From positions 14,919-78,918 of the IMG/VR virus record IMGVR_UViG_3300033414_000001: DNA of 64,000 nt, one strand, 5' to 3'. The DNA is from a virus (Duplodnaviria; Caudoviricetes). The position numbers and the translations under genes are program-made. Positions 54,540 to 62,515 of the stretch are shown one piece after another (position 1 is the first letter of the stretch; each line of letters starts with the position of its first letter). The notes under the pieces were generated by a model, which was not told the origin of the DNA, did no database searches, and saw nothing but the letters and a program-made list of their open reading frames with translations.

Positions 54540-54828
54540 TGTCGACTCCCTGTCCCGGCGTCGCATTCGTCGGCTCGATGCGCTTGTGCCCGGCAATGTC
54601 GAATTGCCACATCGCATCTGCCGGGGAGGCGCCAATTCCCACGACTCCGTCATGGGGGTTGTCCCCGTACAGAGCCACCCACCTGTCTCCGTCAAGAGAC
54701 AGCTTGGGCCTGTAGATGACGGACGGGAGGTCGTACCCGCTTATCACGGCTTCCAGTTGGCGTCTTACCAGCTCCGCCGCGTCTTGCACCGCTTGTCCTG
54801 CTAGATACGCCGCTCTGTCCGCGCTCAT
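54532..54828 (-). CDS. conserved phage protein
   Basis: PSV.YRP.L..DGD.W.ALYG.N...GV.G.G.SP..AM..FD motif. Confidence 0.75.
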   Translation of the reverse strand: MSADRAAYLAGQAVQDAAELVRRQLEAVISGYDLPSVIYRPKLSLDGDRWVALYGDNPHDGVVGIGASPADAMWQFDIAGHKRIEPTNATPGQGVDNG

Positions 54829-55289
54829 GCGCCGCCCCCCTCTGGTGTCGAATCCCGCTCCGCGAGGCGCCGGCATTCTCCGGCCGCGGCCTCGTAGACG
54901 TTCCGTGCCGCCGTGAGCATCCGCGCGCCCGACTTGGTGCCCCGCTCCAGCACCTCTCGATGGTCGAGCGCCGCCAGCGCGCACGGCATGCACAGCAGGT
55001 CGATCCCGCCCTGGCGCGATGGCAACTCGCAGGCGTCACCGGGATCGAGCGAGGCGCCGCACTCGGGGTTGGCGCACTCGACCGGCCCCCGCGGGGACGA
55101 GAACGCGATCCCGCTCCCAGGTTCTCCGGCCCGGGGCGGCGGGGCCAGGTCCGGACGCCTGACGGCGCTGGCCAGATCCAGGACGTACCGGCGCTCCCCC
55201 GGGCTGAGTCGGCCCGCCTCGGCCACCAGATCGACGTCTAGGCCCGTTCGGCGAGCGGCCTCCCGGAAGCGCTCGGATAGTCCGCTCAT
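54825..55289 (-). CDS. Zn-binding hypothetical protein
   Basis: CANPEC...C...CMPC. Confidence 0.6.
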   Translation of the reverse strand: MSGLSERFREAARRTGLDVDLVAEAGRLSPGERRYVLDLASAVRRPDLAPPPRAGEPGSGIAFSSPRGPVECANPECGASLDPGDACELPSRQGGIDLLCMPCALAALDHREVLERGTKSGARMLTAARNVYEAAAGECRRLAERDSTPEGGGA

Positions 55290-55651
55290 CGGCTGCCCTC
55301 CTCGTCGTCCGGCCCGAGCGCTGCGCGAGCGTCGGCCAGACATTCCGCCACCGTGGAGCGCTGGAGATCGTAGGTGTTTCGAGCCATCAGCGAGTCGAGC
55401 CGGCCGGGGCCGTCCCATGCCACGTCGATGAATACTCCGGCCGCTTCCAGTCCGCACGCGGCCTTCCGCAGTTCCTCGCGCAGCCGCTCCACTTCGGCGC
55501 GCAGGACGATCGCGCAGCATCCGACAGCATCCTCCGCGTACACGCCGCGCGGGAGGTCCGCGCCAGCCAGGCCGCCTACCCCGGCCGCCCGCAGGTACTC
55601 CAGGGCAACGCACGTTTCCTCTGCGGTGGGGGCCCGATCGAACTGGTCCAT
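55286..55651 (-). CDS. hypothetical protein
   Basis: ORF track; coupled. Confidence 0.6.
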   Translation of the reverse strand: MDQFDRAPTAEETCVALEYLRAAGVGGLAGADLPRGVYAEDAVGCCAIVLRAEVERLREELRKAACGLEAAGVFIDVAWDGPGRLDSLMARNTYDLQRSTVAECLADARAALGPDDEEGSR

Positions 55652-55653
55652 GG

Positions 55654-55980
55654 CTAGCGGCCCTCCGCCTGCGCGATCGCGGAGGTCGCCTTGCTGGTTC
55701 CGACATAGCCAGTGATGTCAGCACCATCGGAGATCGCCCGCTCAACATCGGCTACAATCTCGCGCAGCGCCTGAAGCAACCGCGGGGAGGCGGCGTAGAG
55801 GCGCGCGTCGGCCCGAGATCGAGAGTCGCTGGCCGGCCCGCAAAGGGCGGTCGCGTCTCCTCGCGCGTCTACCACCGCAACGTGCTCCGTGCCGGCCCGG
55901 AACAATTCCGCCTGCTTCGGCGCGAGCGTTACCACCATCGCCTCCAGCGGCCCCGGCGTATGCTCTTTTCGTGACTCCAT
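55654..55980 (-). CDS. HTPGP-family phage early protein
   Basis: KEHTPGP...ADARL.AASP.LL.AL. Confidence 0.7.
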   Translation of the reverse strand: MESRKEHTPGPLEAMVVTLAPKQAELFRAGTEHVAVVDARGDATALCGPASDSRSRADARLYAASPRLLQALREIVADVERAISDGADITGYVGTSKATSAIAQAEGR

Positions 55981-56009
55981 CGTGCTCCCCCCCCCAATCG
56001 TTGTCAGCA

Positions 56010-56078
56010 CTCATAGCGCGGTTGCATTCGGATGTCAACTCGTCGCGGTTGACTACCGCACGACACATGCGATAGGGT
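56010..56078. promoter_or_regulatory. back-to-back divergent promoters (early switch)
   Basis: Leftward TTGACA-17-TATGAG (56038-56010); rightward TTGACT-18-TAGGGT (56049-56078); the two -35s form a GTCAAC/GTTGAC inverted repeat. Confidence 0.6.
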
Positions 56079-56086
56079 GCAGCCCA

Positions 56087-56347
56087 ATGGCACGGAGAAC
56101 GACTCGCCCTACTACTCCTCTCGGACGACAGATCGCGGCCCAGTGCAAGGCGCTGAAGATGACCCCGTCGCAAGTCGCGCGTCGCTGCGGGGTGACGCGG
56201 CAGGCGATCAGTCAGGCACGCAAGCGTGGGCGCTGCTCTGACGCACTACTGAGCGATCTGTCTCGCGTCCTAGAGATAGATCTGAGGGCGCGACTTCGTA
56301 TCCCGAAGCGGGTCGCGGTCAGGCCCAAGCCCTGGAGCTCCAGATGA
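56087..56347 (+). CDS. Cro-like HTH regulator
   Basis: MTPSQVARRCGVTRQAISQ; first gene of the rightward operon, probably leaderless. Confidence 0.75.
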   Translation: MARRTTRPTTPLGRQIAAQCKALKMTPSQVARRCGVTRQAISQARKRGRCSDALLSDLSRVLEIDLRARLRIPKRVAVRPKPWSSR

Positions 56348-56353
56348 TGGTGC

Positions 56354-56370
56354 TCGTGTACGAGACGATC
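56354..56370. promoter_or_regulatory. 17-bp repeated operator-like site, copy 1
   Basis: TCGTGTACGAGACGATC, identical to 59665-59681. Confidence 0.65.
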
Positions 56371-56416
56371 ACTCGTACCTTTTGCGTCTGTCGACCGGCG
56401 CGATGGAGGCATCCGA

Positions 56417-57127
56417 ATGAGTGAGCCCGGTATTCACCACGAGTTACCCAAGGGGACGCCAGCGGATGGCGGGCACCCGAAAGTCGACGCCGCGCGGGCA
56501 AACGCGGCCACGCCGGGAGGAAGCGACCCGGCATCTCGGGACGGCGGAGGCGTCGCCGCGGTAACGATCTCCGCGGGGGTGGACGTCGCCGGGCGCCGCC
56601 TGCTGGAGGAGATCGGGCGCGCCGAGATCCCGCCGCCCGTGCGGCTGCTGCGGACCGGCGCGCCCGCGGGCGGCGTGGACAAGAGCGGGTTGGCGTTCGC
56701 GCCGCCGCAGCACCCGACCCGTGACGATCGACGCGCCGAGCGCAACGAGCGGATGGCGACGTTGCGACGCCTGGTGATCGCCCGAGCTCGCGGGCGGTGC
56801 GAATTCGACTGCGGCACAGGCGAACCGACGCAGGCCCACCATGTGCTCGGCGGCGCTGACCGGCGCGCCCTGGAGAGCGAGTACACGCTCGCCGGGATCT
56901 GCGAGGAGTGCCACGGCCGGTGCAACGAGTCGCCCGCCTGGGCGCGCGAGAAGGCGATCGCGTGGGCGAGATTCCGGATGGAGATGGCCGCCCTCGTGGT
57001 GCCGCTCGTCCCGGCCGAAGCGCGGAACCGAGACGGGTTCGCCGCGACATTGGAACGCCTGGAGGCTCGCGCCGCACTGGCCGCGGCCCAGACGCCCAGG
57101 CCCACGGGAGCGTACGATGGACGGTGA
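56417..57127 (+). CDS. HNH endonuclease with low-complexity N-terminus
   Basis: RARGRCE..C...AHH...L..ICEECH. Confidence 0.75.
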   Translation: MSEPGIHHELPKGTPADGGHPKVDAARANAATPGGSDPASRDGGGVAAVTISAGVDVAGRRLLEEIGRAEIPPPVRLLRTGAPAGGVDKSGLAFAPPQHPTRDDRRAERNERMATLRRLVIARARGRCEFDCGTGEPTQAHHVLGGADRRALESEYTLAGICEECHGRCNESPAWAREKAIAWARFRMEMAALVVPLVPAEARNRDGFAATLERLEARAALAAAQTPRPTGAYDGR

Positions 57128-57668
57128 CGAGCGCGTGGACCTGACGGACGAATCCGGCGCCGTCGTGCTCAGCCTGGAGGTGGCGCGCCGGTTGCGCCAC
57201 TTCGCCGCCAGCAGGGCCAAGTGCGACCACAAGCGCACCCGCATAGATCCCGACGAAGCTGAGATGGCGTGCCTGGATTGCGGAGTGCGTCTCAACCCGA
57301 CGGAATGGATCATCCGTCTCGCGGAGCACTGGAAGCATTATCGGTCTCTAATAGACAACGCCCGCGAGGAGGCGCGCAGGCTGGAGACGAAGCGGAGGGT
57401 GAAGTGCGATTGCGGCAAGATGATCGCCTTGCACGGCTTGAGCGCGGACGAGCGGCGAGTGCGTGAGACACGAGAACGCCGGCTATCGGACGCCCTGGAG
57501 CAAATCCGGCTTCTCGTTCCGGCCTCCGCCGCTACGTACGCGGCGGAAATTGCTCGGAAGGCACTGGCGGCGCGCGATCCATCGCCTGCTCCGTACGGTC
57601 AACTCACGCTGGTCAAATCGGAGTCGGACCCTGGACCCACCGTCAACAACCAGCCGAGGGACGCATGA
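57117..57668 (+). CDS. Zn-binding phage protein
   Basis: C.H.....D.....ACLDCG..LNP...I.RLA; KCDCG. Confidence 0.7.
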   Translation: MDGDERVDLTDESGAVVLSLEVARRLRHFAASRAKCDHKRTRIDPDEAEMACLDCGVRLNPTEWIIRLAEHWKHYRSLIDNAREEARRLETKRRVKCDCGKMIALHGLSADERRVRETRERRLSDALEQIRLLVPASAATYAAEIARKALAARDPSPAPYGQLTLVKSESDPGPTVNNQPRDA

Positions 57669-57841
57669 CCCTGCCGAACGGCTACGTCGACTCCGCCCAG
57701 GAGAGCGATGGCGTGTGGTGCGTCACGCTGCGGAGGCGCACCGGGAAACACGTGTGGTGCTTCGGCAAGACGATCGACGGGGCCATGGCTGAGGCGATCC
57801 GGGTGGCAGGGGCGGCGCGCTCCGCGGAGGGCCGCTCGTGA
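57665..57841 (+). CDS. 58-aa hypothetical protein (not in ORF track)
   Basis: MTLPNGYVDS...WCFGKTIDGAMAEA; coupled at both ends. Confidence 0.55.
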   Translation: MTLPNGYVDSAQESDGVWCVTLRRRTGKHVWCFGKTIDGAMAEAIRVAGAARSAEGRS

Positions 57842-57948
57842 TCCGCGGCTCGGTGGTGGACAACTTCGCGGGCGGTGGCGGGGCGTCGCTCGAGGGCGAC
57901 GCGCGGGCGGTGCTGGCGACGTTTCCGGCGGAGAGGGGTGCCGCATGA
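57838..57948 (+). pseudogene. internally deleted C5-cytosine methyltransferase remnant (36 aa)
   Basis: VVDNFAGGGGAS is motif I of phage Dcm-like MTases, joined directly to a C-terminal-like tail. Confidence 0.7.
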
Positions 57949-58656
57949 AGCATGAACGCCCCCGCGCCGTGCCGCGCCGGGTTCGCGAGCGCGACCCGAA
58001 CTCGGAGACCAACTCGCGCCGGAAGCGGCGATTCGGCGACCCGAAGGACACTGGGCTTCCCGGGCGCGGAGCCGGAGCGTCGTCCCTCCTCGCCGCGCCC
58101 CGTCCGCCGGTGATCTGCTTTCTCTACCCGGATCTGGTCGACGCCAGCGAGCTCGCGACACCGGCGGCGGTATTCGGCCAGTACCCGCGGCGCCTGATTT
58201 CGCAGCTCCTGCCCCTGCTCCGGTGCGAGCGGCGCGACATCCTGCATGTTTGCTCGGGCTCGCTGCCCCGCGGCGAGGGGATCCGCGTCGACCTCCGGCC
58301 TGAGGCGCGCCCGGACATCCTCGCGGACGGGCGCCACCTGCCGTTCGCCGACGGTTCAGTCGCGGCCGTGCTGATTGACCCTCCGTACACTGAGCACTAC
58401 GCGCGCGACTTGTACGGTGTCGACTACCCGCGGCCGTCGCACCTGCTGCGCGAAGCCGCGCGCGTCGTCCGTCCCTGCGGGCGCATCGGCTTCGTCCACT
58501 ACCTCGTCCCCAATCCCCCCCCCCAATTGCAGGGTGGTGCAGGTGTTCGGGCTGTCCACCGGGTTCGGGTTCCCGATGCGCGCGGTGACGATCTTCGAGC
58601 GAGAGCAGGCCGGGTTGGCGCTCCCTCCGCTCCTCAACGTCGGAGGTGCGCGGTGA
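57945..58656 (+). pseudogene. amino-type (DPPY) DNA methyltransferase, frameshifted at a C10 tract (58515-58524)
   Basis: LHVCSG, VLIDPPY, LLREAARVV. The conserved-looking C-terminus (GLSTGFG..MRAVTIFERE) continues in the other frame and would be restored with C9. Confidence 0.75.
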
Positions 58657-59042
58657 GCGACCGCACGGCGTCCCTCAAGGAGGTGCGCAGGGCGGCTCGG
58701 GCGGAGGCGTCCGATCCGGAGCTCCCGGCGCTGCTCGCGGAGGCCGAGGAGCTCCGCCCGCACACGCGAGCCGGCTGCGTCGACGGCCCGCGGCCGTGCC
58801 CCTGGCTCTCCTGCCGGTACCACCTCGGGATCAACGCGACGTCGGCGGGTGGGCTCCAGGTGCGCGACCCGGAGACGCTGCGGGAGAGCTGCGCGCTCGA
58901 CGTCGCCGATCGGGACGGCGTCACCCTGGAGGAGGTGGGCGGAATCATGGGGGTTACTCGCGAACGCATCCGCCAAATCGAAAGGGCGGCACTGCGCAGG
59001 CTCAATTCCGCGCTGCTCACCGAGACGCCGAGGGCCGAATGA
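58653..59042 (+). CDS. sigma70 region-4 HTH protein, myxobacterial type
   Basis: RP.TR..C..GPRPCP..SCRYHL...SCALDVA...G.TLEEVG.IM..TRERIRQIE. Confidence 0.85.
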   Translation: MSDRTASLKEVRRAARAEASDPELPALLAEAEELRPHTRAGCVDGPRPCPWLSCRYHLGINATSAGGLQVRDPETLRESCALDVADRDGVTLEEVGGIMGVTRERIRQIERAALRRLNSALLTETPRAE

Positions 59043-59605
59043 CCAGCTCGCTCGAAGCCCTCGCCCTGCGCCGCGCCTCCGAGGAGCGACCGGAACTGCT
59101 GTTGATCCCGGACCTGGACGAGGGAATCCCGGACGACAGAACCACGCTCCGCGGCTACGAGCTGGCCAAGCTGGCGCGCAGGCTGACGGGGCTGCGAGCT
59201 CGCGGGAGGGCCTGCTACCGCTGCGCGGTGGTGTTCGAGGTGGGCCAATCGCGGTGCCCTGTCCATGGCGAAACTCGGCCGCCGGCGATGGCCCGCGGGA
59301 GGCTCCGCGTTCTGCCATCCGTCTCCAGGCGCGAAACTGCGGCTCTGCGACGCGAGGCGATAGGCAGGGTGCTGGTGCGCCTCAGGGCGTCCCGTGGCTG
59401 GTCGCAGGAGGAGGCGGCAGACCACGGGAGAGTCCACCCCAACTCGCTGAGAGGCTGGGAGCTGGGGCGAGTTGAGCCCAGGGCCGTGACGCTCCATCGG
59501 CTGCTACTGGAGTGGGGCGAGGACGACACGGCGTTCTGGGATGCATGGGCGGCAGAGATAGACTCCAGTATGGCCGACGGTCGGGCGCGGACGGTGTCGG
59601 CATGA
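59039..59605 (+). CDS. Zn-ribbon plus XRE HTH protein
   Basis: CYRC...CPVHG; GWSQEEAA...VHPNSLRGWELG. Confidence 0.8.
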   Translation: MTSSLEALALRRASEERPELLLIPDLDEGIPDDRTTLRGYELAKLARRLTGLRARGRACYRCAVVFEVGQSRCPVHGETRPPAMARGRLRVLPSVSRRETAALRREAIGRVLVRLRASRGWSQEEAADHGRVHPNSLRGWELGRVEPRAVTLHRLLLEWGEDDTAFWDAWAAEIDSSMADGRARTVSA

Positions 59606-59623
59606 CTACCACACGCACCCGAC

Positions 59624-59681
59624 TTGACGGTCCACGCCCCGCGCTAATAGCATTGGACGCATGATCGTGTACGAGACGATC
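59624..59681 (+). promoter_or_regulatory. promoter plus operator copy 2 before the replication genes
   Basis: TTGACG-18-TAGCAT; palindromic GATCGT-N7-ACGATC at 59663-59681. Confidence 0.6.
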
Positions 59682-59788
59682 GGTAATTTCACTGTACCCG
59701 GCGGGTTTCTCCCGCTGGAGCGGCCGATGGCCGACAGACGCGCGAGCTCGTACCTCTTGCGTCTGTCGGCCGCCGCGATCTGGGGCTC

Positions 59789-60082
59789 GTGATGGCGTTC
59801 GCTCAGCGCGTAGGAGCCCTGTGGCGCTGCGATGGGTGCGGGATTGTCGCCGCCTGGGGCCAGGAGTGGCGGACTTTCGGATCGCACGCCGAGTACGATG
59901 AGGGCATAATCCGGTGGGTGTCATGCTCGGAAGCATGCGCCGACAAGATCCCGCCCCGACTGCGCGATCTGCCGAGCGGCCCTCAGGATCTCAGTACGCC
60001 CGGAATGCGCTCCCGGCTGCGGGAGAGCATCGAACGCCTGCGGCTTGAGGCTGAACTTGATCGGCTGCGGGAGCCATCCTGA
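59789..60082 (+). CDS. Zn-binding hypothetical protein
   Basis: CDGCG...CSEAC; coupled to the rep gene. Confidence 0.6.
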   Translation: MMAFAQRVGALWRCDGCGIVAAWGQEWRTFGSHAEYDEGIIRWVSCSEACADKIPPRLRDLPSGPQDLSTPGMRSRLRESIERLRLEAELDRLREPS

Positions 60083-61464
60083 TGGCCAGACAACGCACCC
60101 TCAAGCCGGGGTTTTTCACCAACGAGGACCTCGGCGCCTGCTCTCCGCTCGCGCGCCTCTTGTTCGCCGGCATGTGGTGTTGGGCGGATCGCCTAGGGCG
60201 AACCTTGGATCGCCCTAGGCGTTTGAAGGCCGAGATCCTCCCCTACGACGCCGCCGATGGAGAGGCTTTGGTGTCGGAATTGGCCCGCGCAGGGATGATC
60301 CGGCGCTATTCGGTGGGCGAAACGGCCATCATCCAGATCGTCAAGTTCTTGGAGCACCAGGACCCCCATCCAAGGGAAACCCCAAGCATTCTGCCGAACG
60401 AGGCTGGTGAATTCCCATCCCAAGGTCAGCCTAAGGCCAACCCTAGGGGCGCCAAGGTACCGCCAAGGTCACCTAGTCCTTCTAGGCCTTCTGGATCCGA
60501 GGAAGAAGAAGCCTGCTCGGAGCTGGCAGAAGCGCCAGCGTCCGAGCCCGACGAAGCACCGAGCCGAGAGGAGAGCCATGGAGCAGGAGCTGAAATACGG
60601 CATCGACGAGAAAACATCGAAGCAACTCGCGGAGGCATTCAAGCACCACCCCCCGTTCGGCGACCAGTCGGGGCGCTACATGCTGATCCGGGAGGGGGCG
60701 GCGAGGCTGGCGCGGACAATCTGCGGCCTCGCGCCGGCAAGCCGGGAACGGTCTCTCGCCCTGACGAACCTGGAGCAGGCGGTGATGTGGGCCAACTCCG
60801 CGATCGCTCGGAACGAGACCCAGGAGAACCCAGAGACCACGTAGCCCAGCCTGATCCGTGCGAGGATTCTCAGGGCAGCACAGCGGCGCCCGTCACCCCG
60901 ACTCACGTCGAGGAGGACTCCGATGCCCCTAGCGCCGGTGACGAACCGGCCGAATCTCCCGCCCAGGCCTCGCCCGAGGCCTCATCGCCGCGTGCGGGCG
61001 CGGCGCCCACCAGCGCCAGGGGAGCGGAGTCGCCCACGCTCGACCCCCCGCGAGCGAGCACCGCTCCACTGGCGCATTCTCCTCCGGCGCTGGAACTCGT
61101 TGCGCCTAGCCGCGCCAAGGCCAAGCCGAAACCCGAGCCCCCCGACCCACGCAAGGCCGCGCTCCGGGAAATCTGGGAGGCTGAATTCCTGACCGCCATC
61201 GGCGGCGCGTACCGGTGGCTAGGGGCGAAGGATGCGTGCGCGATCCGGTCCCTCGTTGCCGTGGACCCGGCCGAGTTTCGGGCGCGCGCCAGGAAGGCCC
61301 TCCGCATCGTCGGCTACGGCCGATGCACTACCGTCGCCCAGCTCAACATGCGCTGGAACGATCTCGCCGGACCGGGCGGCCCAGGCCCACCCACGAAGCC
61401 GCGCGTCATCGCCGCTCCATCGAACTTCAAAGACCCCGCCGTTCGTAACTATAAGTTCACATGA
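60082..61464 (+). CDS. phage replication initiator
   Basis: MAR.R.LKP.FF.NEDL..CS..ARLLF.G.W..AD..GR..D.P..LKAEI.PYD N-domain, long linker, C-terminal helical domain; followed by a DnaC-like gene. Confidence 0.85.
   Translation: MARQRTLKPGFFTNEDLGACSPLARLLFAGMWCWADRLGRTLDRPRRLKAEILPYDAADGEALVSELARAGMIRRYSVGETAIIQIVKFLEHQDPHPRETPSILPNEAGEFPSQGQPKANPRGAKVPPRSPSPSRPSGSEEEEACSELAEAPASEPDEAPSREESHGAGAEIRHRRENIEATRGGIQAPPPVRRPVGALHADPGGGGEAGADNLRPRAGKPGTVSRPDEPGAGGDVGQLRDRSERDPGEPRDHVAQPDPCEDSQGSTAAPVTPTHVEEDSDAPSAGDEPAESPAQASPEASSPRAGAAPTSARGAESPTLDPPRASTAPLAHSPPALELVAPSRAKAKPKPEPPDPRKAALREIWEAEFLTAIGGAYRWLGAKDACAIRSLVAVDPAEFRARARKALRIVGYGRCTTVAQLNMRWNDLAGPGGPGPPTKPRVIAAPSNFKDPAVRNYKFT
60190..60486. 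repeat. replication origin candidate: phased CCWWGG-like iterons and a 12-bp inverted repeat
   Basis: IR CGCCTAGGGCGA/TCGCCCTAGGCG at 60190-60221; CCAAGG/CCTAGG-like units at 60420, 60430, 60442, 60452, 60463, 60472 and 60481. Confidence 0.6.
60578..60844 (+). CDS. Acb2/Tad1-like cyclic-nucleotide sponge, nested in the +1 frame of rep
   Basis: GAGGAG RBS; F.HHPP..DQ..RY..IR.....LA..I....P.SRERSLALTNLEQAVMWAN.AIAR. Confidence 0.75.
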   Translation: MEQELKYGIDEKTSKQLAEAFKHHPPFGDQSGRYMLIREGAARLARTICGLAPASRERSLALTNLEQAVMWANSAIARNETQENPETT

Positions 61465-62135
61465 ACCCTCGAATTGCCGAAATCATCGAACGCTGCAAGG
61501 CCACCGCCGACTCGCCCGAGTTCAAGGCGAACGCTGCGAAGCTGGCCGAACTGGATCGCGAGATCGAAGCGTATGGGCGCGACTCCCGGCGGCGACATGC
61601 CGGCATCCCTGCGGAGCACGTCCCGCATCTCAGCGATCCGCGGGAGACGGTAGCCATGGAGTCGGCGCGATCCTGGGTGGAGTCGCAGCGCCGGAGCGGG
61701 CCACCGTTCCACCTCGCGCCGCAGCCGTTCTTGATCCTGGGGGGAGATCTCGGCGTAGGGAAGAGCCACGCAGCGGCCTGGTGCGTGGATCAGCTCGGCG
61801 GTCTGTTCATCCCGATGGCCGACGTGGCGGCGCGCAAATTCGAGGGCGAATTCGAGAGCGAGTTGATTCGGGCGCGCTGCCTGGCGCTCGACGACTTCGG
61901 GACGGAGCCGCTCGACGCGGGCGGGTGGCAGGAGGCGCACCTGGAGAGGGTGTTGCGCGGGCGCTACTCGGAGCAGCGGCCTACGCTCATCACGACGAAC
62001 GTGTGGGCGGAGGAGCTCAAGGAGCGCATCGGGCCGCGCGTCTGGGATCGCGTGATGGCTGGCGGGCCGGAATCGCTGGTGCTGTGCGAGGGAGAGAACC
62101 TTCGGCGCCATTGGGCGGAGACGGATCATGGGTAG
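61461..62135 (+). CDS. DnaC/IstB-like helicase loader ATPase
   Basis: Walker A GDLGVGKS, Walker B LALDDFG, R.....PT.ITTN, G.RV.DR. Confidence 0.9.
   Translation: MNPRIAEIIERCKATADSPEFKANAAKLAELDREIEAYGRDSRRRHAGIPAEHVPHLSDPRETVAMESARSWVESQRRSGPPFHLAPQPFLILGGDLGVGKSHAAAWCVDQLGGLFIPMADVAARKFEGEFESELIRARCLALDDFGTEPLDAGGWQEAHLERVLRGRYSEQRPTLITTNVWAEELKERIGPRVWDRVMAGGPESLVLCEGENLRRHWAETDHG
61536..61659 (+). repeat. direct repeat copy 1 (at least 124 bp)
   Basis: Identical to 63877-64000. Confidence 0.95.
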
Positions 62136-62490
62136 ATCACCGAAAGGAATCAGGGCGATGATCATTCACGGGGCGAAGCTGGGGCGATGCGCTCGCTGCG
62201 GTGCGAAGCTGGAGTCGGGCCGGCTGCACATGTGCGATTCCCTGCACCGCAAATTACGGTGGGCGAGATGTCTCCCGTATCTGGCGCTCGCCATGACGGT
62301 AGCGTTTGCCTACAGCGTAGGGGTGGAGCTGAACGTTCCGCTTCTGGTGGCTGCGGGGATCGGGCTCGTGACGTTCGAGCTGATCCCCGCCATCAAGATG
62401 CGACCCGGCCGAAGGCTCGCGGCGATGGGTGTCGGTGCGGCAGCATGGATCGCGTGCATGGCGTGGGTGGCGGGCAGGTGGGCGCGATGA
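62128..62490 (+). CDS. Zn-ribbon plus membrane protein
   Basis: CARCG...HMC, then ~3 TM segments. Confidence 0.65.
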   Translation: MGRSPKGIRAMIIHGAKLGRCARCGAKLESGRLHMCDSLHRKLRWARCLPYLALAMTVAFAYSVGVELNVPLLVAAGIGLVTFELIPAIKMRPGRRLAAMGVGAAAWIACMAWVAGRWAR

Positions 62491-62515
62491 AGAGGCGTTC
62501 CAGGGAGAGGATGGT

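Noticed and set aside
55987-55995. C9 tract (G9 on the coding strand) before the 55980 gene
   Set aside because: It can be explained as a G-rich RBS; there is no evidence of length variation.
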